DNA of 63,847 bases, filler included, from Choristocarpus tenellus KU-1152 (taxonomy: Eukaryota > Protista > Phaeophyceae), in assembly GCA_964200185.2 (NCBI GenBank). It is 11 parts of 11 records of this genome, joined end to end, with 100 filler letters (N's around TTAATTAATTAA, not from the genome) between each part and the next. Parts side by side here need not be neighbours in the genome. Positions count along the whole stretch, not along the records: positions 1 to 13,838 come from CAXNAD020001352.1; positions 13,939 to 18,196 come from CAXNAD020015444.1; positions 18,297 to 22,277 come from CAXNAD020016809.1; positions 22,378 to 31,579 come from CAXNAD020003887.1; 7 more parts are not named here. The stretch is one strand, 5' to 3'. A program made the position numbers and the translations under genes. This document shows, piece by piece, positions 13,476-26,161 of this stretch; the stretch's first letter is position 1, and each line of letters opens with the position of its first letter. The notes beneath the pieces were generated by a model, which saw nothing but the letters and a program-made list of their open reading frames with translations, made no database searches and was not told the origin of the DNA.

Positions 13476-13797
13476 GTCGAGTTAATGCCCTGTGAACAGA
13501 AAACCAGGGTAGAGTCAAGCAATTATTAGTTCGTGGGAGGTCGGAGCAAACGATGTTGAAAAGGGGTTAGTGATCGGAGCGTTCAAATACTCTAATCCAG
13601 ACCATGATGTTGCCGCAAACAACTTTAACTGTGCAACACGACTTGAGATGGGCATACCACTACTGCAGGGTAAAACATGTCCAACAAGACATCAAAGTAA
13701 CAACGAGTAAGACAGCCCCCTATACTCTTCGCCATAATAGCACATTGTACACAAAAATATCACAAGCCCCTCAAGTATAGGGTACTCCTAGCCATCA

Positions 13798-14039
13798 GGC
13801 TCAAAGTATCTGAGAGGGGGTGGCGTCTGTCCATTTGGNNNNNNNNNNNNNNNNNNNNNNNNNNNNNNNNNNNNNNNNNNNNTTAATTAATTAANNNNNN
13901 NNNNNNNNNNNNNNNNNNNNNNNNNNNNNNNNNNNNNNATCAAACAGATCACCGAAAGATATGGACATGGAAAAATGGACCCCAAATGGACAGCCGCCAC
14001 CCCCCCCCCCCCCTCCCCCCCCCACAGATACTTTGAGCC
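13798..14039. mobile_element. Family A-related TIR ends (GG(C/G)TCAAAGTATCT-G-run type) on both sides of a contig join
   Basis: 13798-13838 reads GGCTCAAAGTATCTGAGAGGGGGTGGCGTCTGTCCATTTGG. 13939-14039 reads ...CCCAAATGGACAGCC-C-run-AGATACTTTGAGCC. Related ends occur at 31680-31829, 44236-44330, 50474-50526, 55494-55512, 55613-55681 and 60214-60302. Confidence 0.7.
13839..13938. other. Artificial contig spacer (first of 10)
   Basis: N44-TTAATTAATTAA-N44, which gives stops in all six frames. The same spacer occurs at 18197, 22278, 31580, 38277, 44136, 47290, 50374, 55513 and 60114. Confidence 0.99.
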
Positions 14040-15276
14040 ACACAAGAGTATGCACAAGAAGGTGTACCTTTAAAAGGGTCTTGAAGTGTGCTGCAGATAT
14101 TGCTAGTATAAACCTCAGCCCTTCCTATTACCAATGGAAGAAGGCGTTGCTTTCAATGCCATGTATTGTGAAGGGTTGTTTTATGGGGCATCTTTTTTGG
14201 AACATTTCAGGCAGGCCCCCCAGGCCGTCTGCACCATGTATTGTACTCTGAAGGACTGCATTGCTTGTTGAAATGTGGGTTGTGTTGGTGTACCCCCAGG
14301 TGTTGGAGAGTGTTCCCAGTTCAGGGCGCTTCTGCTTCCGTTTCTCACGGTTTGCTCAGCATGTTACTGTGGACTATACTGTCACAGCCGATGATGGATT
14401 CTTGGGAGTCCCAAAGGTAAGAGGCATTGGTGGTGGGTGTACCCACAGGGTGGCTTTTGTGATGGTGGTGTTTACTTTTTGTGGCTGCTCAAGGTGTATG
14501 AAGGCGTATGGGACTAACACAGGGGTGGTAGGGTTGAAAAAGTCAAGGTTATTTCTTTTGTACAGAGGCAGTTGATGAGTTCAAGATGTACATTGCAGCC
14601 ATCATTCACGCATGACACCAGGCAGTGAAGTTAGTACATAAATCGGGATTAAATCGGGATTTGATTTATTTTGTCAACCTGTATCGCCGGAGTCCATGGT
14701 AAACGGACCAGGGTTAGGTGTGGTTATGGGGCTTACTTAGCATGTTTTGATCCATCTCCGTTTGATGCATTCTGTACTTGCTTGACTATCTGCTGGCATG
14801 GCATGTATGGATGAAGGCTGGGACGGACAGGTTTAGATTAATTGGCTCCATGTGTGTACACAAGTGTACACAGAAATAGCGCTGTGAGTGGCGTTGCCCT
14901 GCGGGGCTTGTAAAGGTGCTGCTGAATTTGAATGGCATGTGATTTGTGATGGTATCAACATATCAATGTTACAATGATTTTATATGTGTCTCAACATGGA
15001 ATCTCCCTCTTGGCATTATTGTGTCTGAATTACTGCCTCCCCCTTTCTGCCAACATGTATAATACAATAGAAGTGTTTACTGTTGAAACAGATAGGTACT
15101 AATACCTTGGGAGTATGTAGAGGGAGTCATACCTTGTTCTATTTTGTGTTGAATAAACATTTTCCCCCATCAGTTGTTATATGACTGGGTATGCTGTCCT
15201 GACCCTAACCCTGACCCTTCAGGTGAAGGTAATGAGCTACAGGATCAAGATTGATCGCATCACAATGAATGTGAGA

Positions 15277-15313
15277 TGTGTCATGTGTCATGTGTCATGT
15301 GTCATGTGTCATG
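15277..15313 (+). repeat. (TGTGTCA)5 heptamer microsatellite
   Basis: Read directly from the sequence. Confidence 0.9.
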
Positions 15314-16459
15314 ATGAATGAAGAGAATAAAAACAGTTGGGTCTTTAGTAACTTGCCTTCAAGTATAACAACCAATTTTTCTCTGTATGTAGTGCCAAAG
15401 CATCATACCCCCTTGGTTGATGTCTTTCAGATATTTTTATTTGTTTTAAACTATTTTGGCAGGAAGACTGAGGCTAGAAGTATTTCATATTAGTAGTATC
15501 AGGTGGCTTTCCCGACATGATGAAGGTAACTAGCTCTTACCCCAACACCACAAGAAATTTCCTTAAAGCACGCTCGGAATTTTCAATGTTCCATATCAAG
15601 TTCCATGCTCCATCAGATGTATCCAGTTGACTGGGAGAGCACCTCTGACAAGATTTTTTAAACGTTTCTTTTTGTATTCTACATCCTCAGACAAAGTCTA
15701 CAGAAGCTATGTTACAGTTAAGTACAGTAAAAGGGTACTTTTTTTTCAGTCTAAGAATTGATTTGCTATGTAAGGTCTCAAACTTGACATGTTGAGGCTG
15801 CACTTTATTCACTGCTATAGTACCAGCTGCAACCCTGCATCAGCTATTAATAGAACATAGTTATTATTAATATATACTGACTGTGTTGTTGGTGTGGCTC
15901 AACTTCTCAGATTGTTGTTCCTCAAGGGCAATTACCTCTCTAAGTAATCCACTTGTGGGTAGGCTCCTCTAAAGCCCGTTTGTTTTCTAAGCTCTGCATC
16001 CTTCTTGACTTTTCGTATACTAAAATTTTCCAGAAACCATCACCCAATAAAGCTTTCGCTTGGTTTTCAGTTGATATGAGCTGTGTATAGTTATCACGAG
16101 TTAAGGTGTAGAGGGTAAAAAATAATTGATAGTGGATGATACTGTATATAGACGGAGGATGCTTAGTGTAGATGATACAAGCGAATTACCATTTGTTGGT
16201 GTTGATGTTGATGTTGATGAAGGTGAAATGAAAATTTCAAGACAACAAATAAAAATGAATCACCTTGTTGAGTACAGTCAGTGTCATCTGGTTGCATCCA
16301 ACCTTGGAACTGGATGCCCCTTTGTTTTCCCCCCTATTTAGAAAGTTGTATTGCGCATTGAGAATCTGTTGCTGAGGGATGCTCATAACCCCGTGAGGAG
16401 CCAGCAGGGAGCAATGTCCCTTTCCTTGCACCCTCATCAGCATGCTATGGGAGGGAGGG

Positions 16460-17056
16460 GATTGATGGGAGGAGGGCAGGATCCAAATGGCTTGGGGATT
16501 CGAATTGGTAAGAGAATGGAGTGAGNNNNNNNNNNCTGCTGTCGTTGCTCAGAGTGGAATGAATTGTGAGTTGCCTTCTTGTGGTCTCGGATGGAGAAAA
16601 CGGAACTGTTTAGATTGATGGGAGGAGGGCAGGATCCAAATGGCTTGGGGATTCGAATTGGTAAGAGAATGGAGTGAGGGGGGAATAGGAATGAATAGTG
16701 TAGATGAGTTGTTTATCTCACTCCCCAAGGCTTGCAATATTGTGGCGGTAGTGCTATGGAGCACAGGTACTGTATTGATGTATTGGGTAATGGCATTTGG
16801 TAGCGCTTTGGAAGTTAATGCTGTTAAGCATTGTGAGGAACATCATAGGTGTTGGGGGGGTGTTTGATTGTCTAAACAGTTATATAGGGCATGATGTGTG
16901 CTTGTGCGGCTGTTTGCATCACTTTCCTTGAAAGATGTTCTGATGAGCATGCTCTTATTCTAGTAGAGGAACTGCTGTCGTTGCTCAGAGTGGAATGAAT
17001 TGTGAGTTGCCTTCTTGTGGTCTCGGATGGAGAAAACGGAACTGTTTAAATTGATG
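16460..17056 (+). repeat. Two interleaved direct duplications around a 10-N scaffold gap
   Basis: Block X (GATTGATGGGAGGAGGGCAGG...GGAGTGAG) at ~16460-16525 and ~16612-16678. Block Y (CTGCTGTCGTTGCTCAGAG...GAACTGTTTA) at 16536-16611 and ~16972-17049. Confidence 0.8.
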
Positions 17057-19080
17057 CTGATCAAAATATTTTATGGTGTTTATCCCTAACCTTTTGAGAG
17101 TATTCATAATACTAGTAATAGTTTTGTAGGTGGTGTTCCATTGATTACACTGAGTACAGTTCCTAGCGGTAAAAGGGTAAGGCACCTCTTAACAATTTAC
17201 ATTCAAAGCCCACCTCAACATACTGACACAAGCATTAAAAAAAACGCAGGGGACACTCTGGAACAGACGATGGCCAGTGTAAATCTGGAACCGGAAGATT
17301 TGAGTTCAAGTGGAAATAGCCTCCCCTTCACGGATATGTTCCATGACCTTACATTTGAGGTGTGTTTCTCATTGGGCTGGTATGTTGTGTGCAATAGACT
17401 TGTGGCTTAACCTCTACCCCTCTGGTTTGGGACCATCGCACCACACCCTTCCTTGGTGTTGCATCAGTTCTTACAAGGACAAATTTTTCTTCCCAACTTG
17501 TTACACTCTGTTGCTGTGGATGGTTTCCCTACCCTTTGTGTCCCTCATTTACTCGATAAATTTGTAAGTACTTCTGCATCTCCTTGTCTGTCTTTTTCTG
17601 ATGCCACATTCTCTAACAGCAAGCCCAGCAACAAGCTGCACAGATAAATGGGGGGGAAACACTTGCCGTGCTGCTAAATGGATTCAACCAATTGGATGCT
17701 GCCAATGCTGCCAATGGCAACCACGGCGGCCAAGGGTTCCCGTCCAACCCTGTGAGAGATAAAATAATTGGAAAGAGTTGGGAGGCTGTTGGTCAGTAGG
17801 ATCTGGAGGAGCTTGAAAGTTGCTCCATGGCAGTATGTGGTGTTGTGGAATCACTTTATTGTGCCCTATAACACCATAGAGTTGAAAATAATATATTTTT
17901 TGTTTAATTCTGTTTGGAAATGTTTAGCAATCTGACTTATTATTATCAAGATTCCTGAATGTTTTTTTTTATTTGGTTTTGTTGTGTGGGTCAGTTGATC
18001 TCAAACTATACTTACCAAAGTTCACCTTCAAAGGTCTGTGCTGTCCCTATAAAGTTGCTGTTTCTGGAAGGTGTGATTGGAGGGGAGGGGGGTCGGGGAG
18101 GAGGTAGGGGGAAGATGATACTATGATGTGTGGGTAGATTGAAAACTATATAGTCCAGAGTACTCAAGTGCTATTGCCTCTAAAGGGATTGGACAANNNN
18201 NNNNNNNNNNNNNNNNNNNNNNNNNNNNNNNNNNNNNNNNTTAATTAATTAANNNNNNNNNNNNNNNNNNNNNNNNNNNNNNNNNNNNNNNNNNNNGGAT
18301 TGTCGTTAGTGTCTGTGCGCAGCATGTATGATTTGTCCTGGAACCATCTAAACCCATACGCGCGTCTGCTGGTGCAGGCGCATGTACGGGGGTGCCCTTG
18401 CATACGTCCATCCAAGGACGTATCCTTGAAGCAGATACAGGACGGAGCAGTACGGCGGCACGGAAGAGACCTTTGGCCCCTACGCAAACGCTGGAGCCAA
18501 ACACGCGGGTTAGGTTTACCGCTACACACTTTCGGCCCAATTCTGGCGCTAGGGAAGTTTAGAGACGTCGGATTAGCAAGCATGTGGCAGATATTAGTGT
18601 TAGTAAAGTGTACCTTGTAGCCCTCTTGAAGAATGGGCGGTGTGTATTGAGAGCCGAGTACGCATATTTGTTGTGGCGGATATTAATGACTGCCACGGGC
18701 GATGGCGGTGACAATATGTGTTTAGTTTAATCCATGACGATGTTTTCAGAGCGTTCCAAGCACCATGTTGTTGTTGCGATACATAGTACAAGGGGGTTTT
18801 GGTTGCATGGCAGTCGTAGTCCTTTGTTTCCATTCATGATTTTGAGCCTCCTTCAATACGGGTTGGTGGTCCTTCATAACATATATTATGTACAAATGAA
18901 TTATAGATGCAACATATCTGATGCTAGTAGCATTTACAAGTGTTTTCTGGTCGTACTTATGAACAGTGTTGTCGCGTTGTCGTAGCAGTGGAGTCAACAA
19001 AGACACCGTATATTGATCTAATTTCTTTTATTTTGTGCTATGTTTCAGCATCTATCTCCCAGACACGGCTTAAATGGGTC

Positions 19081-19240
19081 AAATGCTCTGTAGCACTGCC
19101 AAGTGCTCTGTAGAACTACCAATTGCTCTGGAGCACTTCCAAATACTCTGTATCACTTCCAGTTGCTCTGTAGCACTGCCAATTACTCTGCAGCACTGCT
19201 AATTACTCTGCAGCACTACCAATTGTTCTGGAGCACTTCA
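19081..19240 (+). repeat. 20-bp minisatellite, 8 degenerate copies
   Basis: Unit ~AATTGCTCTGTAGCACTGCC repeated in register every 20 bp. Confidence 0.9.
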
Positions 19241-19257
19241 GTTGTCCATACAAACAC

Positions 19258-21743
19258 CCGAGTTTGTTTCCTCAACAGCATAAGTTGCCTAGCACCTACA
19301 GGCTTGACAATAAATGTATTGTCATCAGTAGGGGCGACATTAGGTGTCCATTGCTCTTTAATGTCTGTCCTCTGGGATACACCTTGGTTCATCCAATTCA
19401 CCCTGTAGCATCTGCTGTCCAGAGTAACGCTCACGGCCATACGCTATCCTATTACTATTATTAGCGTCATCATTACTATCAATATTATCATTATTATTGC
19501 TGTTCAGCAAAACAGTCCACGTGTCACATGTCACTTCCTCTTTTTAAAGCATCACTACATACAGTCAGCAAAGATGAGGAAAAACACTACATAGGGAAGG
19601 TGTTTCTAGCGGCTTCGCAAAGGGCAGCGTAGAATAGGCAGAGCTGAGCCAGATGTTGGTTATTTTTTTAGGGTATACCTCTTAAATGAATTCTTGCAAT
19701 AGAGCCCCTGCATGAACGAAAGAGAATCTGATGCCATCTCATGTACTGATAGCCTGGCCAACAAACCTTTTGAACTGATGCTTAAGGGAGGAAGTGCAAT
19801 CCTTTCTCGCATCAATTTGATCCCTTCTTTTTTTTAACAACAAAAACAAAACAAAAAATAGAGACAGCAAAAAAGAAAACCCAAAGAACTGTGACAGAAA
19901 AAAAAATGAAAAAAAAATGTGCGTACACATATACATACATAATATACGTCCATTGTACATCAAACACTCCGGCCCATTTGCTCCCTAAAGTCAACTGGGT
20001 TAACAACACTTGGGTCCATTTGTTCTCTTGTTGGTTGTGCAGGAAAGGATTAATCCAATTCAACTCAATCTATATCATCCAGTGACTCAGACAACGCCTG
20101 CTACAATTTAATACATACAATTAGGGGTAGCAATACAAAGAGTAGTGCATCACCATCGCTTTTGAGAGGTCTGTTAATACTATATTGCATACCATTACCA
20201 TCTCTTTAGAGATGGTTTGTTAACAAAAAGGGGCAGAGATGTTGACCCGCATAGATCGAGTAATTATTGTTACTTATCACTCAAAAAATAAAAAAAGATG
20301 GATTCCGTCATGTCTATTGCTCACGGGAAGATCACTTAGCAGGTGAAGGGGTAAAGTTTGATTTTTTTGCAGCTGGAACATCAAAAGGAACAGTATCTGC
20401 GCATGCCTTCGAAGGTATTCCTATGGTCCAAAGATCAGAGCAGAGTCAACAATCACTTTCCATTATACACCCACAATAGAAAAGGAGCATCAAGGAGAAA
20501 TATGTAGAGATATCAATGGAGTAGGGTACACTTCAAAAGCATCAGGAGAGTTTGCCAACTGAATAAAGCAAACAAGCGTAAGAAATAAAAACGCGATGAC
20601 CGAAAGGAGACAAGAATAGCAACAAAAAATACACCCTACCATAAAACAGATGTTGGATAAAAGGACAGTGACCAACAGAAGATACACACAGGCTGCCATA
20701 ACACCAACGATATACAAAATATATAGAAGCAGGCTCAAAGCTGTAGATAACATGGAGTCCTCTCACCGAACATCTTCCTGAGGCTGTGCTGGAGGTTGCA
20801 GCACCTGGTTTCCTCCGTCTCCAGTGTTGCTTTCCCCATCCCTCCCTCGCTTCACCCCCATACCCAGTTCATCGTGCCCACCCTCATTTCCAAGCTTTCG
20901 TAGATAGGACAGCGAAATATACCCACAGGCAAGGTTCGTGCGGATATAGTTCAGATGTAGGGGAATCAGCACAAGACAAGCAAGAACGTGCCCGACACGA
21001 AGGGACAGAGGGAAGTCTTGTTCAGCACACCAATCCACTGGCAATCACCGCCCCTTCCTCTCCACATCACACATGAGAAGGAGGGATACTGAACTATTAA
21101 GGGGCAAAAAGTCGCTGCGAAGGGGAAAGGTTGATTATTTGGATAACGACAAACCTTTTGGTGCTGATCCCGGTAGTACCCCAGACCGTGGTTGCCCATT
21201 TTGAAGACATAGCCAGGTCTCTCACCCTCAAAATGCTTGGTTGGAACGAATGAACCTTGCACAGCGCTGCGAGAGCAAAGGTTCAAGTTGTATTGAGTCG
21301 CCACCCCAACCTCAAGGTCATGGAAAAAACAGACGAACTTGTATAGTTTTCAACTGTTTCACTAACAGTTACACCTATGTCTTACTCATTATATACCAGA
21401 GTGTTGACCATCACGGTTACTGCACTTAACCTTTGTTTCCCCCCGTCGTGGACTACTCTTGAATGGCATCATGGACTTCTGGACGTGTCAAAAATATTGT
21501 ATTGAATGCTCTGTTCTTGCTCTTGCGTGCTAAGCAAATGATCTGACCACTTCACAATGAACTTAAAGACTTGGATTTAATCCTCTAGTACAAGAAATAA
21601 GGTTGTCACCAATCGGATAAGATAAGGGTTGGCAAGCCAAGGTTGACGGATGTCTTGTGGATGAGAAGAGGTGGGACTGTCGTTACTTGTGCTTACCTGC
21701 CCGCGGCAGCAGGGTCCAGCATACTAGAGAAATGGTCCTCCAT
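19258..21743 (-). CDS. Intron-containing gene of unknown function (5' exons) with F.P...F.G.RPGYVFK.G..GLGYY.D motif
   Basis: Exons 21743-21697 (MEDHFSSMLDPAAAG, donor AG|GTAAGC), 21266-21155 (SAVQGSFVPTKHFEGERPGYVFKMGNHGLGYYRDQHQK) and 20894-20767 (LGNEGG...QEDVR) are in phase. A further phase-compatible exon at 19402-19258 (VNWMNQGVSQRTDIKEQW...) is tentative. The 3' end was not found. Confidence 0.6.
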
Positions 21744-21940
21744 ATTTGAAGGTTATTGACACACCGCCTTGGCAAGCCTTTGGGTGGGTGTGGCTCGAAC
21801 CTCGAGCGAGCACCCAACCTCTTGGGAACTCAAGTGTCCTTTACAAATATAGATTGGGGTGCTTCATATCCGTGAGTATACGTTGATAGTGAAATTTTTT
21901 TAAAATAATGAAAAACATCCAATCCTCAACGCAGTACAAA

Positions 21941-22277
21941 TAGCCTCTCGGCAAAATTGAGGATGGAGCATTTCATGGAGGATGAGAAAAAAAAGTTCGG
22001 AAAGTGCCCATAAGTTTTTTTTGTAAACGTTGCGGCACTTTTTAAGGGCCTCTTTTTGAATGGGATATGAAAAAGATTTCGGTGCTTGTTGTGGAGGGCA
22101 CCGCTACGATTCGGAAGCAACCTCGACCAAGCCAAAGGTATAAGGACAGACGGGCTCCCTTGGGAGACCTGGTAAAACGTACAATATCAATGAAGTATGC
22201 TATTTAAGAGTGGATTTAAAAAATTGAGGATGGAGCGTACTATTGAGGATGGTTTTGACCGAAAATGGTGCGGAAAA
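21941..22277 (+). mobile_element. Repeat family B (putative TIR element end, (C/T)AGCC...AAAATTGAGGATGGAGC...GAGGATG)
   Basis: The motif occurs twice here (near 21950 and 22220). It recurs at 50313-50373, at 63783-63847 and inverted at ~130-295, always at or near contig ends. Confidence 0.65.
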
Positions 22278-22377
22278 NNNNNNNNNNNNNNNNNNNNNNN
22301 NNNNNNNNNNNNNNNNNNNNNTTAATTAATTAANNNNNNNNNNNNNNNNNNNNNNNNNNNNNNNNNNNNNNNNNNNN

Positions 22378-22422
22378 GACCCCCAAATGGACGTGGCTCT
22401 ACCCTCTAAGATACTCTGGCTC
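22378..22422 (+). mobile_element. MITE family A right terminus, truncated by contig start
   Basis: GACCCCCAAATGGACGTGGCTCTACCCTCTAAGATACTCTGGCTC matches the right end of the full copies. Confidence 0.8.
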
Positions 22423-22499
22423 AAATGTATTTAGGGGGACGGCCAGTGCACGCCACAAAGTTATGTAAGTTGCTGTTGAATTTTGGAAGTAGACCCCTA

Positions 22500-22975
22500 T
22501 TTCCATTTGATTATGAGACATTATTTTTGTGTCTCTGCTTGTGTTCATAGTTGTTGAAAGGGAGAGAGTCTATCTATGACAGTACCCTATGTTTATATGT
22601 GCTTGTGAGACATTCGTTTTGTGTCTGCACGTATTTGATATCATAGTTCTGAAGGGGGAGGATATTTTTATGATAGTAACCTATTTCTATGTTATTGTGG
22701 TTTGTGTCCGTATCTAGTTGTGTTCACAATTCTGAACGGGGGAGAGTCTTTCTACAACAGTACTCTATTTCTACGTGATCGTATCTTTGTGTCTTTGTGT
22801 ATTTGTAACCTTGTGTTCATAGACCAGAAAGGGGAAGATCTTTCTATGACAGTACCCTATTTCTATATGATTGCGAGACATAATTTCTTGTTTGTATATA
22901 TATTTGTGCTCACATTGTTCTTGGTTCTGAAAGGGGGAGAGTACTCGTGTGACAGTACCCTGTTTCGACATGAGT
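22500..22975 (+). repeat. ~90-100-bp degenerate tandem repeat, ~5 copies
   Basis: Core GAA(A/G)GGGGAGAG..T.T.TATGACAGTACCCTAT recurs near 22556, 22650, 22735, 22828 and 22930. Confidence 0.8.
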
Positions 22976-23166
22976 GTGAAACTTTGGTGTAGGAGATTTT
23001 CTCTCGAATGTTAAGTCAAATGCAGAGTGAGTGCAGTGAGGTGCAAGCATCAAGCTAGCGTATCTGTCATCAGGGCAAACGTTGGAAGGGATTTTCCCTC
23101 CAGGCTTCGTCCTTTACCAGATCCCCAATGCTGCCTGCTGATGTGTTAGGATCTGGAAATTCCCTT

Positions 23167-23423
23167 GAGTAAAAGTATCTTAGAGGGTACGAGCTACGCC
23201 CTGTTTGTCCATTTGGGGGCTTGGCTTCCCAAGGGTCGTTTATGCCATTACTACTCCAAAGCGTTTAGCATTAGGTAAAGTATATATGTGATGAAAAGGT
23301 GTGTCCAGAACATGGATATTGACACTTCCTAGCAAACACGATAGCCAAAACTACATCAAAATCGCAACATCGGATTGTGATCCCCAAATGGACACGGCTC
23401 TACCCTCTAAGATACTTTGTCTC
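23167..23423 (+). mobile_element. MITE family A, full copy 1 (~257 bp)
   Basis: Perfect 18-bp inverted ends AAAGTATCTTAGAGGGTA / TACCCTCTAAGATACTTT inside GAG...CTC termini, plus an inner inverted block GTCCATTTGGGG / CCCCAAATGGAC. Interior aligns with the copies at 26580 and 50851. No coding capacity. Confidence 0.85.
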
Positions 23424-24552
23424 ATTCATTTCATTTCTGTTGAATTCATGATAGGACGAGGAGAGACATTTCATTTCCCTGTCCAACCGTCTGTATTTCA
23501 CATTGGAGTAGTTGTGCTTCCTGCTGGGGACATATCACAGGTGATGGGCCTTAATACGGTTTCAAGAATGTCATTATGAGCTTGTGGTCCTAGATTTTAT
23601 ATGTTGTGCTCCTTGAATGTTCATTTTCTGTTTAGTCACTGTGAGATCGTTCCTTGCCCATATCTCAGTCCTTTACATACCATAATCAAGTGATAAACTG
23701 AAGTGTTGAAGTGAGAGATCCAGCATATGTCTACCATATATACATTATGGCGATGCCTTCGAGCCTCATCATCAGCCCAGAGGCTTATGGATTGGAGCTA
23801 TATGTTCCATCAAGGTAAGCTGCTGGGATTGCTGGAAAAAAAGAGTGTTTTATGCATTGAGGCACAAAGCTATGCACAACACCCAAACCAATTGAGAGTT
23901 AGGCGAGGTTATATTTTAAGGATCCCAAGAAAGGGCAAGAAGACTCCATTCTGTACAATAGCAGAAATATCTTTTTTCTGAATTGTTGTGTCACTTTAAG
24001 CATAGAAGGGAGAATGTCAATTTTGCGTACATAAAGCAAAGAAATAGAGTATTGCACAGGATTAAATAGATGGCTTAAAGCGAGAAAGATGAAGCTAATA
24101 AGGGGCAACATTTCTTAACACCCTTCAGATCAACTGAATACTGCGATGCATGGTTTAAAACGAGAAAGATGAAGCTGATAACTCGAGCAATAGCTAGCCG
24201 TCTTCAGATCCCCCTACCCCCATTCGTTATGGGATCCACCTCCACTTTGTTGTACATTTTCTGGTCAACCCTTTGCTCAAGCATCCTGTTTACGTTGTGA
24301 ATGTAGCTTAGGTTCTTGTTGGTTACCTTGCATGGCCGTTGCGCTAAGTAGTATGATGCTGGATATCCACAGTGAATAGAGCTCTAGAGCTCTACTCTTT
24401 TACCATTTTTATCTACATTTAGGGTCAAGAAGTTCTTGTAGCTCTGAGTTTTCTCTATGTGCCTTTAAAATTTGCTGTGCTACTCATCTAATAAAATAGA
24501 GTGTAATGCATATCGATCTTGAAAACGAATATAGAATATCCTCCCCGCTGTC

Positions 24553-25350
24553 GGGGTCAAAATATCTGAGGGGGCGGAGGGCGGTATCCGTTTTTCACCC
24601 TTTTTTTGATTTTTACTTTTTGGTGTGATTTGGTCGCACGTGTCGGATTGGAAATGTGAGTAAAAAAAAGAAGACTGTTGGTTAGGTTCACTTCTGTCCT
24701 TGCGCACGCAAGAGGAACGGGAATATATGCCACCATTTATTTGGGCTTGGGTTAAGAGTTTCGACGTTTGCATGTGTCGGATTTCGAATGTGTTCAAACA
24801 GCCTTATGTCGATGTGTATGTTGGTTGTGCAGTTAGGATGAAGAATGAGAGATTTCCCATTGGTTATTTCAGGGCTACTTATTGGTTTGTTTGTTTGGTT
24901 GCATGAGTGGGATTTGGTCAGCACGTAAAGACGGCCGTCGGTTAGGGTGTGTTTTCCCAGTGTTAGCACGAGGAACTGGAAAAAAGACCATGGACGGTTT
25001 CGAGGTATTTTTTTCGTTTATTAGGTTGCATGAGTCGTGTCTGGTATGTACACAAAGAGGATTGTCAGTTAGGGCCTGTTGTCCCGATGTGTGGACGAGG
25101 AATTCAAAAATAATCCATATACTGTTTTAAATTTAGTATTTCGTTTATTTGCTTGCATGTGTCGGATTTAGTATGTACTCAAACAGGGTTGTCGCTCAGG
25201 GTGTTAGGGTTAAAGTTGTTGGCATGAAGGAAGGGAAAAGGGTTAGGTTTTACTTTCGGGTTAGTGAAGTGTTTCTTTGATGTAATGTGTCGACGGATTA
25301 TGGATGTGTTCGGAAAGGCCTATTGGTCAAGGTCTATTGTCGTACGTTTC
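24553..25350 (+). mobile_element. Family A-related TIR followed by ~6 degenerate ~130-bp subterminal tandem repeats
   Basis: GGGGTCAAAATATCTGAGGGGGCGG...TTTGGTCGCACGTGTCGGATTGGAAATGT matches the reverse complement of 31680-31829. A core like TTGCATGTGTCGGATT recurs near 24635, 24768, 24898, 25025, 25152 and 25283. Confidence 0.65.
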
Positions 25351-26161
25351 GCTGGAAGTATCGCAAGATACACAATCCTTGATTCTGGGTTAGGGTTAGT
25401 GGGTTGAATAAATCCTGATGAGGTAGGGTTGGTTTGGTGTAAGTAGGGTCGATAACGGCACTGGTACGTAATTCATGTAAGGCTCTTGCCTATTTCAGGT
25501 TGGCACGGGATGCAGATGGGCTCAGTGTAATTGTTAGGGTAAGGATATGGTTAGTGTCAGTGTGCGGGTGTGGCGATCCAGGACATTCGTCGAGTTCATG
25601 GCACGTGTTTGGGGTAGGCTCAGGGTTGGTGTTGTGGTTAGGAGCATTGGGCGAGGACTTCAGTATATCGATCGTCCAAGATTTGAAGGAGGACGAGATC
25701 GGCCCTCGTTTTTCGACACTTGGACAAAGCATGAGATGGTGCATAGAGTATTGACAAGCAGGGGGGAAGTAGGTAGTAGGGTTCACGGAATAATTAGCGG
25801 CTGGTAAGAAGACAATGTATTCATCGCAGGCCTCGGCAAATTGATAGGAAACTTAGTGGTAAAGATGGAGAAGAGATGTTTAATAAATGTTTTATATTTT
25901 AGTAGTCTGAACCTTGTATTGGGCACTCTCTGTTAAACAAATAAGAACACAGGTCTAATCCTCAAGACGAGTATCATGTATGATACCCTGACACCTCTGA
26001 CCCGTAGCAATGTATTCGATACCACTGTGTAAATGCATAACCCATCGAATGGAAAGTGCATGAACTGGTAGTCGGAGACCAAGGCAAGGTACACTGATGC
26101 ACGAATCAGACACAAGTAACTCGATCCGTACTCCAACAAAAAAACTGAAACGACATAAGCC

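Noticed and set aside
15540-15640. Minus-strand WNIENSERALRKFLVCWG, reminiscent of a chromodomain
   Set aside because: Too short, followed by a stop, and lacking the TWEP-like end. Not supportable without a profile search.
19081-19240. CRISPR-like regular repeats (also 22500-22975, 30905-31195, 47410-47585)
   Set aside because: Units are contiguous and degenerate with no unique spacers, there are no cas genes, and the context is eukaryotic. These are minisatellites.
21431-21530. Candidate extra exon in the contig-3 gene
   Set aside because: Acceptors compatible with the phase-2 donor of exon 1 run into stops, whereas exon 1 joins the 21266 exon cleanly.
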